Of a stretch of DNA of 64,000 nt, positions 1-13,700 are shown piece by piece. Every line of letters starts with the position of its first letter. Within the stretch, counting starts at the first letter, position 1. The notes under the pieces were generated by a model. The model was given only the letters and a program-made list of their open reading frames with translations, did not search any database and was not told where the DNA came from. Made by a program: the position numbers and the translations under genes. The stretch covers positions 4,278,001-4,342,000 of the forward strand of contig JAYWIR010000002.1 in the NCBI GenBank assembly GCA_036172245.1. Reading direction: 5' to 3'. This stretch comes from Raillietiella orientalis (taxonomy: Eukaryota).

Positions 1-210
1 TCTATTTGCAGGCAGTGCTTCTTTCGGGAAGTTTCCTTCCGAGAAAATTTGCAAGCGTCCCTTCGGGGTTCTCTTCAGATGAGTAGGAAACAAGGAGCGA
101 TTCCCTTGTGGGTTGTCTCCAGAGAAGAAATTCGAAGAGTGGATCCTTTCCGGGTTCCCTTTGGAGAAGAAACAAAGGAGAGACCCCCTCCATGGATCCC
201 TCCGGAGAGA
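1..210 (+). mobile_element. Partial copy (body only) of the long tRNA-headed SINE-like repeat
   Basis: ttccgagaaaatttgcaagcgtcccttcggggttctcttcaga aligns by eye to ttcgagaaaattggaagcatcccttcggggagggcccttcaga at ~10301-10343 and to the matching parts of the 27.5 kb and 31.4 kb copies. The head would lie upstream of the window. Confidence 0.55.
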
Positions 211-1779
211 ATAAGGAAGAGATTCCACATGTTCTCTCTCTGTTGTACCCCCACCCTGTGTTTGCGTCCCCCTTTCCCGAACTTTTCCAGCTCCTACTTG
301 GGTACTCGATTGCACCTTCGTTCCCATGAGCCTCCTGTTTGTCAGGACATCTTGTTCAATCGTTTAACGCTCGGAGTCACAAGCATCTGCCCGTGAACGA
401 TTGTATGCTTCATGTGGGAAGTTGACTCGCACATTTCGCGACGTTTCCTGGGCCGCGTTTCCGGTAAGGAAATCTCAGGAATGCGAACCACGCGTTTCGT
501 CAGCTCTGGAGTTTCGTCCTTCAGGATCCCGCTCTCTGTGATTCGCGGGTCTGGATTCTCCGATGGAGAGCACCAGAGATGTGAGAGGAGGAAAAAAAGC
601 AGAATAAAAAGCAAGAACAAATCAAACCCCGTGAGAGCTGATGCTTCCGCTGGGACATCGTCTCAAGTTTCCCTCTGAACAGGAATCACCATGACGCCTC
701 GTGGACTTCGCGCCCTGCCACCGGAAGGAGTTCTTGAGTCCGCGGCCACACGAGTGGAAAGAGAGGCAGAAAGCTCAGCACAGCATGCTACTGATGTCTG
801 ATTTAATCAGGCTATCTGACACTTCCCTCTGTCCCTTGTCGAGTTTCCGATTAGCCGCAGATGACGTGGCGCGTAGGACGAATGGGTTCCGGGTTTCATC
901 ATGATGAAACCCGGGGTTTTCGTTGCTTCCCTGACCGCATCTTCTCGTCATCATAGCTGACATCACTCTTTTTTTTGATAGCTTGCATTTCTGGACACTG
1001 GGACGTTCTCTTACTGTCTGGATGGCGACTCGGAATCTGCGAGACACCGTACGTTGTGGCGCTCCCTCATCTGAGGGGAGTTTCACGGTTGCATCTTCTT
1101 GCCGATCGGCTGATCTTCCACGACTAACGCGACTTTGGCCAGATGGCCTTCACCAATGCAGACTTTACCCTCCTCCCCTTGTGGAATCAGACACGGAACC
1201 GAGGGCTGTCCCTCCTGAGTGCGTAATACTTCCTGCTCTAACGTTGCTACCAGAGCATGCAAGAGTCGGTAACACTTCTACTCGCACTGCCTCTCCTGCT
1301 GCGTTCTCATCGAGGGTGCTGCTTGCCCGTGAGAAGACGCGGAATGCTTTTTCCACTCGGGATGCCTTTTTGTCTTCATACAGATTCGATGGTCCGTTCC
1401 AGGGAGCATCCAGATAAATACGTGTTTTCTTGTCCTCGCCGCCACTCGGCTCTCGTAAGCTATCTCTTACTCGAGCACTGGGTCTGCAGTAGCTGAGACG
1501 GGAACACTGCCCCTCAGTCCGCCGCTACGACTGCGCAGGCGATCGAAATCGCCCGAGAGGCGCAGGGAGGGTCCCTCTTCTCCCATTCGAACCCCTCCCA
1601 TTTCCAGGCAGAAGCCGATTTTCTCCAGCGGTCCATTCCTCCGACTCGAAACGGGAGGATGCGGAGGACCAGGAGAACATGCTTTCGTCTTCTCCCGGAT
1701 AGGGAGGAAAGTAGCTGGCCTCTTGACGGTCATCCTGCATCCTGCAAACCAGGAAGAAATCCGCGAATTCTACTTCCAG

Positions 1780-4700
1780 GTCAAGGTCGTTCTCCTGAAT
1801 CCAATGAACGGGTACTACTCGGGGAAACCGTTGAGCCAAAAAGACATTGGGAGGCTCAAAGAGCAGTGCAGACGCATCCTCACGGACAAAGTTGTGTCCA
1901 CTGCCCACACCCTCAACATGCAAGTGGTCTTCCTGAGTGGATACACCAACCGAGGTATCTCTCCAGCCGCCTGCAAATTCCCTGCAGCACCGACGCGAGA
2001 TGCTCCCCGAGCCAAGCACCACCCACCCCGGACTCACTCAGTCTATTGGATGATCAAGGGCTCTTCCCGGACTCATCGATCCCGGCCTATCCTTTCCCTC
2101 CTCTCAGACCCCGGAATCTCCATCTCTTCTCTCTTCCTCCCCCCCCCCCAGAATGATTTGCATGATCGCATCTTGAAGAATCGCTAGACCACTCGCGAAA
2201 GAAAGGATTGGCTAAGCGGTTATGACTGCTCGCTTATAGGTGCAGTCGAGAGTCCGGAAACCAGTTTTTTGGTCAATGCCCTCGGCTTTTTTCTGCAACT
2301 GCATTCCTCAGAAGAGACCCGAAGGTGCTTTGACGATGCGCACACTTCCCGCAAGAAGCATCCGTTCGAGGTATCGTTCAGACTTCGTCTGGTGGCTGTG
2401 GATTTCGCTGATCCATCGCCAGCAGCCGCAGAAACGCCTAGGCGATCGGCAGGTGTCCTCTCATCACTTGACAGTGGCCCTAGCTCGAGCACTCGAGAGA
2501 GGCTTGAGGCGCCTCTTGGAGGCTCCCATTAGGGCTGCATGAGCTGAACATGCCTTCTCGTGTCCGTCCTCAAGGTCGGTCACAGCAGCAGTTCATTTAG
2601 GAACACATGAACCAACTGGGACTAAGCTTGCAAGAACCGCAAGCATCATCCATCCTTCTTAGGATGAACGTATCGGACTTAATCGGCGTGGACGGTCCTC
2701 GAGAATGATGCAAAAAGGCGTGCAGCTTCCCGGGAAACTCGCAGAACCCTCTAGTAGGTTTATCTCAGGTCTGCCAATGTTTAAACGCTTGGTTCTCGGA
2801 GAGGGAGCAGCCTAAAGAAAGAGGATGCTTTCCCGAGCGCGCTCTGCCTCAGAGCTCGGCTTGGCATTTCCGTGGCGAGGGTGCGTTCGATCCACATGGG
2901 GAGTCCCTTCGCATCATCTCATCGCGTGAGGCTGCTCCAGCTCTTTCCGCCGCCAGAGATTGCCGAGCTTATGATCGCCAAATGTTACGAGGAGCAAACC
3001 AAAACAAACAAAAAAAGGAACATGGACCCTCATTTCTCCTGCTTCTTCGCCTTTGTCTTTACCGAGGACGTGAGACCACTTGGCGCGCATACTCGCCAAG
3101 TTCGGAGTATGCGTAGCCTGCGTTACGCCGTCCCGGAAGCGAGCGGATTCCTCCGATGGCTGCGTCTGCGATCCAGCTCTTTCCGTCGAGTTGGGCGCGG
3201 GTGTGCGACGGTGGAGCTGTGGTGTCGGGAAGCAAAACGAACAGAAGATGGATGAGTGAGAGCTTCGTCCAGTGAGCTCTGATTAGAGGGCGTTTGTCTC
3301 CGCTGTTTGCTTTGCGTCTTCCCTTCGGCCTGCTGAACAGTCGCCTGCAGCAAATCTAGGGTTCGCCTATCCCATACGGACAGTTTCTTCGCAACCCCCT
3401 GGATCTCTTCCATGCACTAAATCGATGTTGGTTATCGAACCTTCTCCGAGCAAAGCATCCTTCTGCTGACGCCAAAGGTGTGAGCATGATCAGTGCTTCG
3501 AATTTACGAGTAGATCTCTTTCGGAAAGGGTCATCCAATACCAAATCAGCGGTGTCCCTTTTCAAGAACATATTCTATTCAAGGTGTTTTCGAGGTCGCA
3601 GAGGAGAGTCCATAGGTCGTGCGATACCCTCCTCCGAGAACTACGTCTTGCGCGTGGTTTTCTTTTTCTTTCCATTTACAAAATCTCTGCTAGCCCTCGT
3701 CGAGATTTGCTGCTGTTCAACTTTCATCGCGTGACCTAAACACGGCTTCTGAGGGAACTTACGTCTCGTTCCGCAAACCGAGAAACATCTGGTAGCTTTC
3801 TTGCTCTTGCACTTGCGTATGCGAGCTCAGGAGGAAGACTGTACAGCTGAATGACGTGGAGAAGAGTTTTCGGGTGGAATGGACGCACGCAGGAAGACTC
3901 AGGCAAGGTGGATTGTTGCAGGCATCTTGGGCACAGAGAACGCAACTGAATAGCGGGAAGATCGTAGTCAAGGGAGGAACTTTCATCCAAAGACCGTGGA
4001 GCAGCTGATGCAGTTTCCGAGAGATGAATCTTCACAAGCGTTTTTGATTCTTCCTCGGAGGAAAGGCGTACTGCCTGTCTGCTTCCCCCCTTTTACAACA
4101 TGTAGCCTGACATGCTGCCAACGGGATGAGTCTCGCGTCGCCAGCATTGACCGACCTGGTTTCGTGCTGCAAGCCGGATGAGCCATGTCAATTCCCACAG
4201 CAGCCTACTCCTGAGACAATAATCTTCTCGGGTTGCGATGGATCTGTATTTGTTGTCACCCTGAGAGGGGCTTTAAAGGATCATGCGGAAGTAGTGAAAC
4301 TGGAAGAACTGTTAAAGAGCTACGCTGAAGATGGCGTGGAAAGTCCCACTGAAGCACTCACTGATCCATCCTGCAAACCGATGACCTCAGGCTGACGCCT
4401 GGTCACATGGTCCTCACGCCGCTTTGGTTCATGGAACGGGTCGTTCGTGAGCAGCATCTGACGGTTGCCCAGTGACTGCTCTGGCGTTCTTCGCTATCCC
4501 GATCCACTGTTTGCGCTCGCCACAGATCTGGAGATTTGTCAATGGAACTTGCTCTGCAGCTGAGTTCCATTTGCGGAAACACACGGAGGTGTTCGAGAAA
4601 GATTTCGTTTTTCCCTGAGGACTCATTTCGTGACCCGAGATCAAACAGCGAACGCGGTGATTGTTTATGATTAATAGATGAACATTACTTATAGATGGTC

Positions 4701-7700
4701 ATTTCGCACGCATGGTTTCCCGGACCTGGTCCAGGTGTTCCCATTTCGTCCGAACGCGCTTTCCCGAGGCGCGCAGAATTCGATTCTCTTGTCAATCATC
4801 TCTGAGAGCCCTGTCAGCCATTTGTGGGGAGTCGAAAGGAGGTTCCCCAGGGACCCCTCCGTTCATGAATAATCTGCGAAGGAGCGAAGTATCCGAACCG
4901 GCTGTCTGCGTCAGGTGTTTGGGGCATGCTGATTCAGTGCGAGGCGAAGACAGCCAGTCGCCTACCTTCCTCTCCCGAAGCTGAGCTTGGCGGCTCAGGT
5001 TACGCGGCCGAGGCATCGAAGGTGCATGCACGGAAGACGCTCCTTCTCTCCTCTTCCGTCACTCGCTGTGGCCGCTGGCACTCCACGTCTCGGCTCAGAT
5101 GCCTCTTTTTCCTCCTCCTCCTCTACCATTATTCTGCCTCCTCGTCGTCCGGAACCGTGAAGAGCGTGCCGCAGCTGTTGTCAAGGTACCGAGTTGATTG
5201 CTCCATCTATCCCGTTTTCTCTTCATCTGTTCATCTTCTTACATCGTGAAAAAAGCAAAAAAAAAGGAAAGGGGAGGGGAGTTGCTGCCACTAACGCTGT
5301 CAGTCTGGTGCAGGTACAAAGAAACCGGTGGGCCAGGGAAGGAAAAGAATCTTCCCGAGGGAAATGAGCTCTCGAACGAACGGAGAGGACTTGCCGCCGC
5401 TGCTGCATGCGGGACCGATTTGGTTACAGCTGACCGGGAGCGGCCGACGCTCGGTGCACCCGTGGCAACACAGAGAGGGGTCTTCCTCGTTCGCTCCCTT
5501 CCCGCCGGAGCTCGTCGCCTTCCCTCCGGTGGATCACGCCTTTTCGAGGCTGTCCCGCACGTGCGGTTTCCGATTTTTCCCGATGTTGGCAAGCAGCTCC
5601 GCGGCGGCACCCAAGTTGACCTTGCTTTGTCTGGTGTTGATTCCCCTCCGCGAGCTGGGCAGGATTTCTTCCGAGAACCTGGCGTAGGGAAGGAGCGTTC
5701 CACACAGGGACTCCCCGACTGCATGCGGGAAGATTTTTTTTTTCCCCGAAAGGAGGCACTACCTGCCTCTAGCGGTTCCTATGAGAGTTTGGGTGGAGGA
5801 GGGGAGGGGGATGTTCCTGTCCTCTGCAATCGGTTGCACAGGTCGGATGGAGGTTCTTCCGGTTCCAGAGACCTACCTGCAAGAGCATGCTGCGCGGGTG
5901 AAAGAGAAGCTGAAGCCGATCATGGAGGACATCTCCAGGAGCGCCACACTGTCGGACAAGGACATGGAGTCCATCTACCAGAAGATCGTGGCGTCGCTGG
6001 TGCTGATGTCCGGGCTGGGAGCCCCCACGAACAAGAGGGTTCTCAAGGAAACCATCGGTAACTGTCTGCCTCCGGCATGCAGCAAGTCCGCAGGCGAGAG
6101 TGGGCGGTGGGGAGGTCTGCTGACCGCCGACGCGACCGATTCCCTTTCATAGCTCAACACTCCGGCTCTTCCGAGGGTCTTCTCCCCTTCCAAAGCCCCG
6201 GGGGGAACTCCAGTCAATTTGTGGGCAGGTGTCCTGCGCGCAGCTTCCGGATCTCGGTCGACTGGAGCCCGTCCGGACGAGGCCCGTGTCCGGAAGCGGT
6301 CGTCGTCGTGGGGGGAGGGGACACGGACTGGACTGGGCTCCGTGTCGTTCCTCCCTGGCCTCCATCCCTTTGACGGATCACTAGACAACACACACAAGCC
6401 TTCTCCTCCTCCTCCTCCTCCTTCCCCTCCCCCTTCCGCCCCTCGAGCTCCCTCAGGGCGCTTTTCGCGGTGGATGAGCACTCTCTCCATCCTGCAGGGA
6501 GGGAGGGGGGCTGACGCTTTCTTGAGATGTCGAACTGCTGCGATCACACCTTGAAGAGACTCCATTCTTCCTCGCGAGGCTTCCGGCTGAGAGACTTTCG
6601 TTTCTGGAACTCCGGGAGGAGGAGGGCAGAGGAGGAGGGCGATTTCCGTGACGACGATGGCTCGCTTCAACACGTCGCGCGGCTGGAGGAGCATCGGTGG
6701 AAGGAGGGTAGCAGCCAAGGAGCACTCCTTCCGATTGGGACCCCCGAGTCTCACCTTCGCCTCAACTGGAGCCAGCTGCGAGGAGGGGGAGGGAGAGAGG
6801 GGGGAAAGGGGCACTTTCTCCAGACCGTGTTCTCCAAGGCTACGGCTCAGTCTTCCGCTCTTCCAGTCTTATCAGGCTGGTCGTTTCCGGGTGGCTATCC
6901 TTGGGAGCGTGCTCTATCGCTCACGAAGACCAGCAAGCCTACCTTCCTCTCCTATTCCTGTGTCTCCTTTCCCTACCGGCGTGCGTGGTTTGGCGCGCCC
7001 AATCCTCTCCTAACGAGCGGGGTGGCGCGGAGGCACATGCCTGCTCTCGGGTGGCCCCCGAGTCTCGGGAGGGGGAATCAGGTCAACAAGGGAGGAAGAA
7101 GAGAGTTTGGATTCACCTCGATCGAGGCGAAGCTCGCGTCTTCGGGAGGTCGGGGTCCAGCAGGGGAGAGAGGCTTCTCTAGAAGACGTGGCTGCACCTC
7201 CTCTCGTCGGGGGGCTCCGCTGCTGCTGCCCAGCGGCATCCTCCCTTGCATCTCGGAGCTCCAACGATGAGGGGACGGTTCCCTCCTTTCCCGGAAGCGG
7301 TTCTGATCTTCCCTCCACGCTGGGTAATGATTTCGCGACGTCCCGGGGGGTTCCTCTACCGCTCCGGCCCCGCGGAAGGTTCCTGAGGCGTTCACCGCAG
7401 TCGTTCGCGGAGAAATGACGTCCTGAAGCCACGCTCCCTTCGGACAGGGACTCGCCCTCGACGAGGAGGCCACCAACGACTCGTCGTTGCGAATCCCCGG
7501 TCCAGCAGCCGGGTCGACGATGCGGGCGTCTCTTCCGAGTTTCGCGGGCGTTCGGCACCCGGCGTCTCGCTCTCGCGCGCGCCCGAGTTGGTGCATCCAG
7601 AATCCCGGGGACGCCTCCTCGAGGAGGCTGCTGCCGTTTGAAACTGGCGAGGAGGGAAGGGTCCGTGCCTATCCCATGACGCCAAGACCCTGTGGGGCCC

Positions 7701-10700
7701 CCCTGAGCGCACTGAGTCACCCGCAGCTCGCCTCCCCGAGGCGCTCGGCGGCTCTTCTGGCGCCCCTCGCTCCCCAAGAGTTCCGCCGTCGCGCGAGGGG
7801 GGGCTCGGGACTCGCTCCCCGCTCGCAATGAAACCGAGTCGGAGGATTGGGGTGTTTCCGTGCACGACGGGGTGACCAGCGGAATTTCGGGACGCCTCCC
7901 TCTGCGGGCGCTGCGACCCGCGCGGTCCAACCTATGGCCCTCCCCTGTCATTCCAGTCGCCCTGAGGAGCGTCCTATCCAAGATGGAAGTCCTCCAGTTC
8001 ATGAGACTGGACAACAGGGGGAAGATGCAGCAGATCTGCCGCCTGAACGAGCTCGTAATGGGCATCCGGCTATACAACAAGTTCGCAGCATCCCAGGTCT
8101 TGGGTCAGGACATTGAGAACCGTGAGCAACCCCTCCTCCAGCTCTCCCCCCCTTCTCGTGCTGCCTCCGTTCGTCATCCTCCTCCCTTCCTGCCCCCACC
8201 CCTTCCACTCAGGACGGCAGAGAGGACGCCCCAAAGATTTTGTCCCTGAAGAGTCTTTAGGATCTCTCCAGAGGGATAGAGCGGATCCCGCGGACACACG
8301 TGCCGCACGCGAGACTTGCGTGGGGGCGATGAGCCCAGGTTACCACCATCACGAGGCTGCCACGCCCTCTCCTTCCTCTGGAGGAGTCGGCTCTCATGGC
8401 GACTGTCCTGGCTTCCGGAAGAGGCTGCCCTTCTGTTCTGCCCGGGGCTGGCTGCTCCGGGTGTCCAAACCCGGAGACTCGGTGTTCGACTCCCCACATC
8501 CTCTCCCTTCCTGGCCGGCGCCAGGCGCTGCTGCTTTCTCCTCCTCTTCCCCCTTTTCTCGATCTATCCCGTCGAGCGATCTGGTCCTCCACGGGGATGG
8601 TCCTCCCGGAATGCATGCCGTTGACCGCTGTCCCCGAAGGGATTCCTCCGATGTCGCGGTGCGACATTCGCGATCGGCGCTCCCCTGGTCCTGTCACGAA
8701 CGAACCGTCTCCTTGGGAATAGGTAATCTTCTCTGCTCGATGCCTCTGCACACCGCATCCTCCCTGGAACGCTCCGTAGTCCGGGCAGACGAGGGAAGGG
8801 GTAGGAGGGAAGGGGAAGGAAGGGGAGGGAAGGCTAGGGTCCCCTTCGAAACCCCCTCCGGCTCCCAGTTCCAGAGATGCTGGATGAGGCACTCCCATCA
8901 ATGGCAGAGACGGTGGACCGCGAGCGGCGGAGGATCGCTGCGGTGAACGGGGTGCTGACCGCGACCCTGAGGCGATACCACTCCTTGGTCTCCCGCTTTC
9001 CTGGCGATCTTCCGACCGACGAGGACGGAGAGAGGCGCTTCCTGACGTCCCTTTACAACGGACTGCAGTTCGAGGACATCCTCAGGTGAGGGATGTGTCC
9101 TTTCTCGCGGGTTGACCGCCTGCTTCCTCCCCCCCCAGGATGCTCTCCCGGGACGTCTCCGCCATACGCGGCAACGTCCTTGTTGCCGTGGGTAAGCTGC
9201 ACGGCGCTCTGGACGAGCTGAGGTCCCTGATCGAAGGGAAGACCGCCGTTCCCACCGTCCAAGTCTACGTGAGTCCCGTCCAGAGGGAGGGGGCAGGGGC
9301 TTCCGGGCAGGGCGTGACGCTCGAGAGGGGCCGATCGGTCCTGTTGGGGTGGTAGTGAGGGGCTCCAAAGCGAAGGAGTCTCTCGCGAGGAAGAGGCCGT
9401 GACATCCGTGACGCCCGACGGACGGAATCAAGGAAGGGGGAAGGGGAGCACTCGGCACCCTCCTCCCTACCCTTTCCTCCCCTCCAGTTTCCGCAGCTGG
9501 TGAAGTCTCCGCTCCCGAAAAAGAAGGAGGCACTTCCCCGGCGCGGCGCGAGATGGCGCGACTGGCAGCCGCAGCTCCACCTCACCGGGACAGGGGCGGC
9601 GAGATGAAGGCCCCGCCTCCACGGCAACCAGGGAAAAGCGCGGGCTCCAGGTCGACTGTGCTCTTTAACCCGGCGACCCAGCTGTTGGCAGGATGGGGTG
9701 GCGGGAGGATGACCCCTTCCGGGGGACCGTCCCGAAGGGGATGGCGCCCTCCGCGGAGCTTCCTCGGCTTCTTCTCCGCAGCCGCTCTATTCCCAGGATG
9801 ATGGGGACGTCCAGCTGGGACCTTCGCTGGCTCACCCGGGACCTCTTGAGGCCGACGCGGGGCGCCTCCCGCTTTCTCGGCGTCGTGGACGCCGGGTACC
9901 TGTGGCAGCGGCGCCTGTGTGGGTCCAGGCGTCGTGGGTTCGAATTTCTCCCGGGGAAGGATCGACGCCAAATAAATGGGGGTGCGTCGTGGGTGGTTTC
10001 GAGTTTCCCCTGAAGGATGGCGCTGGCTGGCCTGCCCGGATGCGGAACCACTGGTATCCGAGAACCCCTGGATGCCCCAGTCGAGTGGCTTTCGGGATTG
10101 GAAGTCGACCTTCCGGGGTCCTTCTAGAACATCGAGGAGCCCTTCGGGGTTTTCCGCTCCCCGACTGCGAAAAGGGAGTCGTCCTTGCCCTCCACTCCCT
10201 CAAGGAAGGGAGCCCCCCACGTTCCGTGGAGCTGGTTGATACTCTCCTCGGGGGATGCCTCTCCAGAGAGACGGGAGTGTCCCTTCGGGGGAGAGGTCTT
10301 TTCGAGAAAATTGGAAGCATCCCTTCGGGGAGGGCCCTTCAGAAGAGTAATTGAGGAGCGGTTCCCTTGAGGGGCTCCTTCCGGAGAGGGAAATTCCAGG
10401 GAAGGCCCCCACAAACCGGGGGATCTCTCCGGAGAGAACGAGGAGGAGGGTTCCCTAAGGGAGACAACCAGGGCGAGGATTCCCTCTAGATTCCCCCCTC
10501 CCCCAAGAGCCAGAGGGGAGTGGGCCCCTCCCTTCGGAGCCTTTCCTCGATTAATCAGGGCGTCTCTGTGGGATCACCCTCTGGCTTAGCTGCACGCGCC
10601 CTCAGTTGGCAAGCACATAAGCCTCCTCCGGGAGCGCACGGCCTCGCGGGCGCGCGGGAGGGGCGAAGGTGGCGGCGCCTCCCCCTCGGAAGGGGGCACG

Positions 10701-13700
10701 CCGGACACGATGTCCTCTCGAGGAGCTCGGTTCCGGTGCCTGGTCGGAGGACCGTCCGTGGTCAGGGCGAACTGCCCCGCCCTGCGACCATCGTAGCGCC
10801 ATGGCCTTCTCGCGTGCGCTCGCTTCTTTCGCTCACAGCGTCCGGTGATTCCTCTACTCCTAGCGACGGGATTGCAGGAGGTGTCCGGCCGAATCTCCCG
10901 AAAACATCCTCAGGAACGCGCAGAGCTCCACTTCCCAGAGGACCCTCTCGCTCTGGAGCGAGATCTTCGAGCTTTGCCCACCTCCCGTCCTCAGCCGTCC
11001 AGGAGGAACTCGGGAACCCTGTTCCTCCTCCTCGGAGCTCCACGGCAACTGCGCGGGTTCGGGAGGAGGGAAAGGGAAGAAAGCACGCGCCTGCGAGGCA
11101 CGCGGGAGCGCACAGAGAGTCTTCCGGATATCCGCTGGGGACGATGGGAGAGGAGCCTCTCCCATCACGTGGCTTCCCTCTCCTCCCCACAAGAAGATGG
11201 GCCGGTCCAAGACCCTCCCAAACGACGACGGATCCCTCCTCTTTGCTGCTGTCCCTCTGGATGAAGGGCAGCTCGCCTTCCTCCCGCGTTGTCGGTCCAG
11301 GCGCGAGCGCCTACCAGCGAGACGGTGGGGACGCCACCCGAAGGAATCACAGGCAGGAAGGAGCTACGGCACTCCCCAAACCGGAGAAGCCAGCGGGGAG
11401 AGGGGGGGGAGACGGCGCCAGCGAACCGTCCGCGGTTGCGCTCCAGGCATCGGGAGGGACGAGAAACCTCCCCAGCCGGGAGGGGACGATTACCCTGAAG
11501 ATACCTTTCCAGCCTCTTTTCGCCACCGTCGCGGAAGCGTGGACCGGTTTGCAGCACGAGGCGATCCACTCCAGCATCCTCACGAGGATCTTCGACGCCG
11601 TCCGCTCGTACCAGGTACGGTGCAGCGCCCCTTCTCTCCTTCAGAGGGGCAACGGGAACCCGGTGGCGGCTCTTAGGAGGACGGCGGGCGCGCTGCCCAG
11701 ATGGGGACTGGCGCGGTGTGGCGCTTGCAGGAACAGCGACAGCGCGCATCCGGTGGTCCACAGGGGTCGCCTGGCCGCTGACGACTCGGACCACGCGGAA
11801 CATCGCTCCATCGCCAAGATCCCTTCTTCCGACAGTCCCAGACCGCAGATCGCAGGGCAGCATGCTTCCTCCCCCCTCCTCCCTTCCCCCATCCCGTGCC
11901 TCTCCGCGCCGAAGGAGTGCGCAGCGGAGACTGCACTGCCCCGGGGATAAAGAGAGCATGCCCGCTCCTTGTCGACCCAATGCCCGCGCCGCTGGCGCCG
12001 ACTCCTCCGCTCGGTCCGCGTCCCCGAGGTGCGCGCTGTCGCTGTTCCCCGCAGCGATTCTCTGATCGCGCAGCGGCCCGCCGCCGGCTGGACAGCAAAG
12101 TGGGTAGGGCCAAATCCCTGGAGACCCCTGCCCTCCGGCCTGCAGGAGGAAGCACGGGAGAACACCTCCTCCCTTCTTCCCATGTGCCGCCGCCGTCGTT
12201 GCCGGGCGACGAGCTACTCCCACTGGCAACGCCCGTTCCGGGGAGGGAAGGGAACTGGAACCATGGAGGAAGGGGGAGGGGAGCTTCTCCTCCATCCGGC
12301 TCTTTTTTCCTCTTTCGCGCTCGGGAACTCCAAGCTTCCCCCGGCAGTCCCAGCTCAGGGGCCTCTCCCGACGCAGTGCCTCGCCCAGGAGGGACTCACA
12401 GGGAGTACGTCCCCGACGGGAAGGTGAGGTGGCACCGATACCCCCCTTCCACCCTCCGGCTGGCTGCCCTCGCTGGGTTCGGCGGTCGAGCGGGGTGGGG
12501 TGCCCCTGACCGGGGAGAGGAAGGGGAGACGGAGCAGCTCTGATCACCCAGTAGCAGGAACTCTCGGTCTCCCAGGGGATCGGGCGGGAGGAGGGCAGAG
12601 CCGGCTCGCCTCTCCTCACATGGGAGCAGGGATGGCAGCGGGCGGGAAGGCGACGCACGTACATCCCGGCCGTCGCGCCGAGGGTGGGGAAGCGACGGGG
12701 CAGGAAGGGGAGGGTGAGCCACGGGTTCCTGCCCCCTTCCAGAGTGTCTGCCTCCCCCACTCCGGGCCTCCGCGCTGACCAGCGGGCGCGGGTCCCACCG
12801 TGCCCTCCCGCCTCTGGCGCACTCAGGCTCGCGACCGAGGGTGGGGACCCCAGATCGGAGTCGCGACTCTCCAATTCTGTCAGACCGCCGGAGTTCCCGG
12901 CCTTCCCGAGAGCTCCCTGCCGCATGACCCCTAGCGCAGCACCCCCAGACAGAGTGAGACGCCCGCCGTCCCTTTTCCGGGCCGATAGCGGCGGTATCTC
13001 GCCCGATGCAGACCGGGGCAGGGAATAACGGGAAAGGCTCAGGGAACACTGCCCGGGAGAAGGGGAAGAGTCGCTGGGACGCTGCCGCATGCGAGCGCCC
13101 CTCACGTCCACGCTGAGGCTGGAGGGTGTTCCAGCACCTCTGCTGCCCGGTACCCCAGTTCGACTTGTGTGAGGAGGACATCGGCGAAGAAGTCGGCGGG
13201 ATGGCGCTGGAGGAGGCCTGCAATGCGGAATGTCGGATCCTGCGCGAGGACCAGCTGAAGAACTTCTGGGACTTGCACGTGGAGGTAACGCCCTTCCCTG
13301 GTGCGTTTTTCGCTGAGGGTGGGGAGGAAGGGACACAAGAGTAGGGAGAGGCGGTCTCGCGGGGACGGCGGCGCTGCGCCTGCGCAAACGCAGACGCGCG
13401 GTTCCCCTTTCCAATAGAACGCCCACACCCACACTCACGGGAGAGCGCGCGCGCTCCCGCCAGGCGCATGCAGGACCTTTGATGAGACAGTGCGAAAAAG
13501 CGCTCTCCGAACGGGCTTGACGTAGGTCCCCTCTCCCCTCTCAGGACTTACACGAGATGTCGATAGCCGTCTGCTTACTGGTCGGCATTGTTGAATGGGC
13601 GGGCCACGTGGAACGGTTCGTTGTCTTCACGCTGTCGCTGTCGCCAGAGCACCGGAGGGACCCTTCCTTCCCTCAATTCCCGGGGGGTTGACGGGGGCAG

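Noticed and set aside
330-1779. First coding exon of CFAP206, or a separate gene
   Set aside because: No segment matches the expected CFAP206 N-terminus with a suitable donor. The region looks like unassignable repeat debris.
8450-8750. Additional minus-strand SINE copy
   Set aside because: Only one short block (gacatcggaggaatcccttcgggg) resembles the family core, which is too little to call.
11165-13438. 757-aa minus-strand ORF, and the 476-aa plus ORF at 10520-11950
   Set aside because: Arg/Gly/Pro/Ser-rich products typical of stop-poor GC-rich DNA. They overlap CFAP206 exons and TE relics and show no coherent domain.
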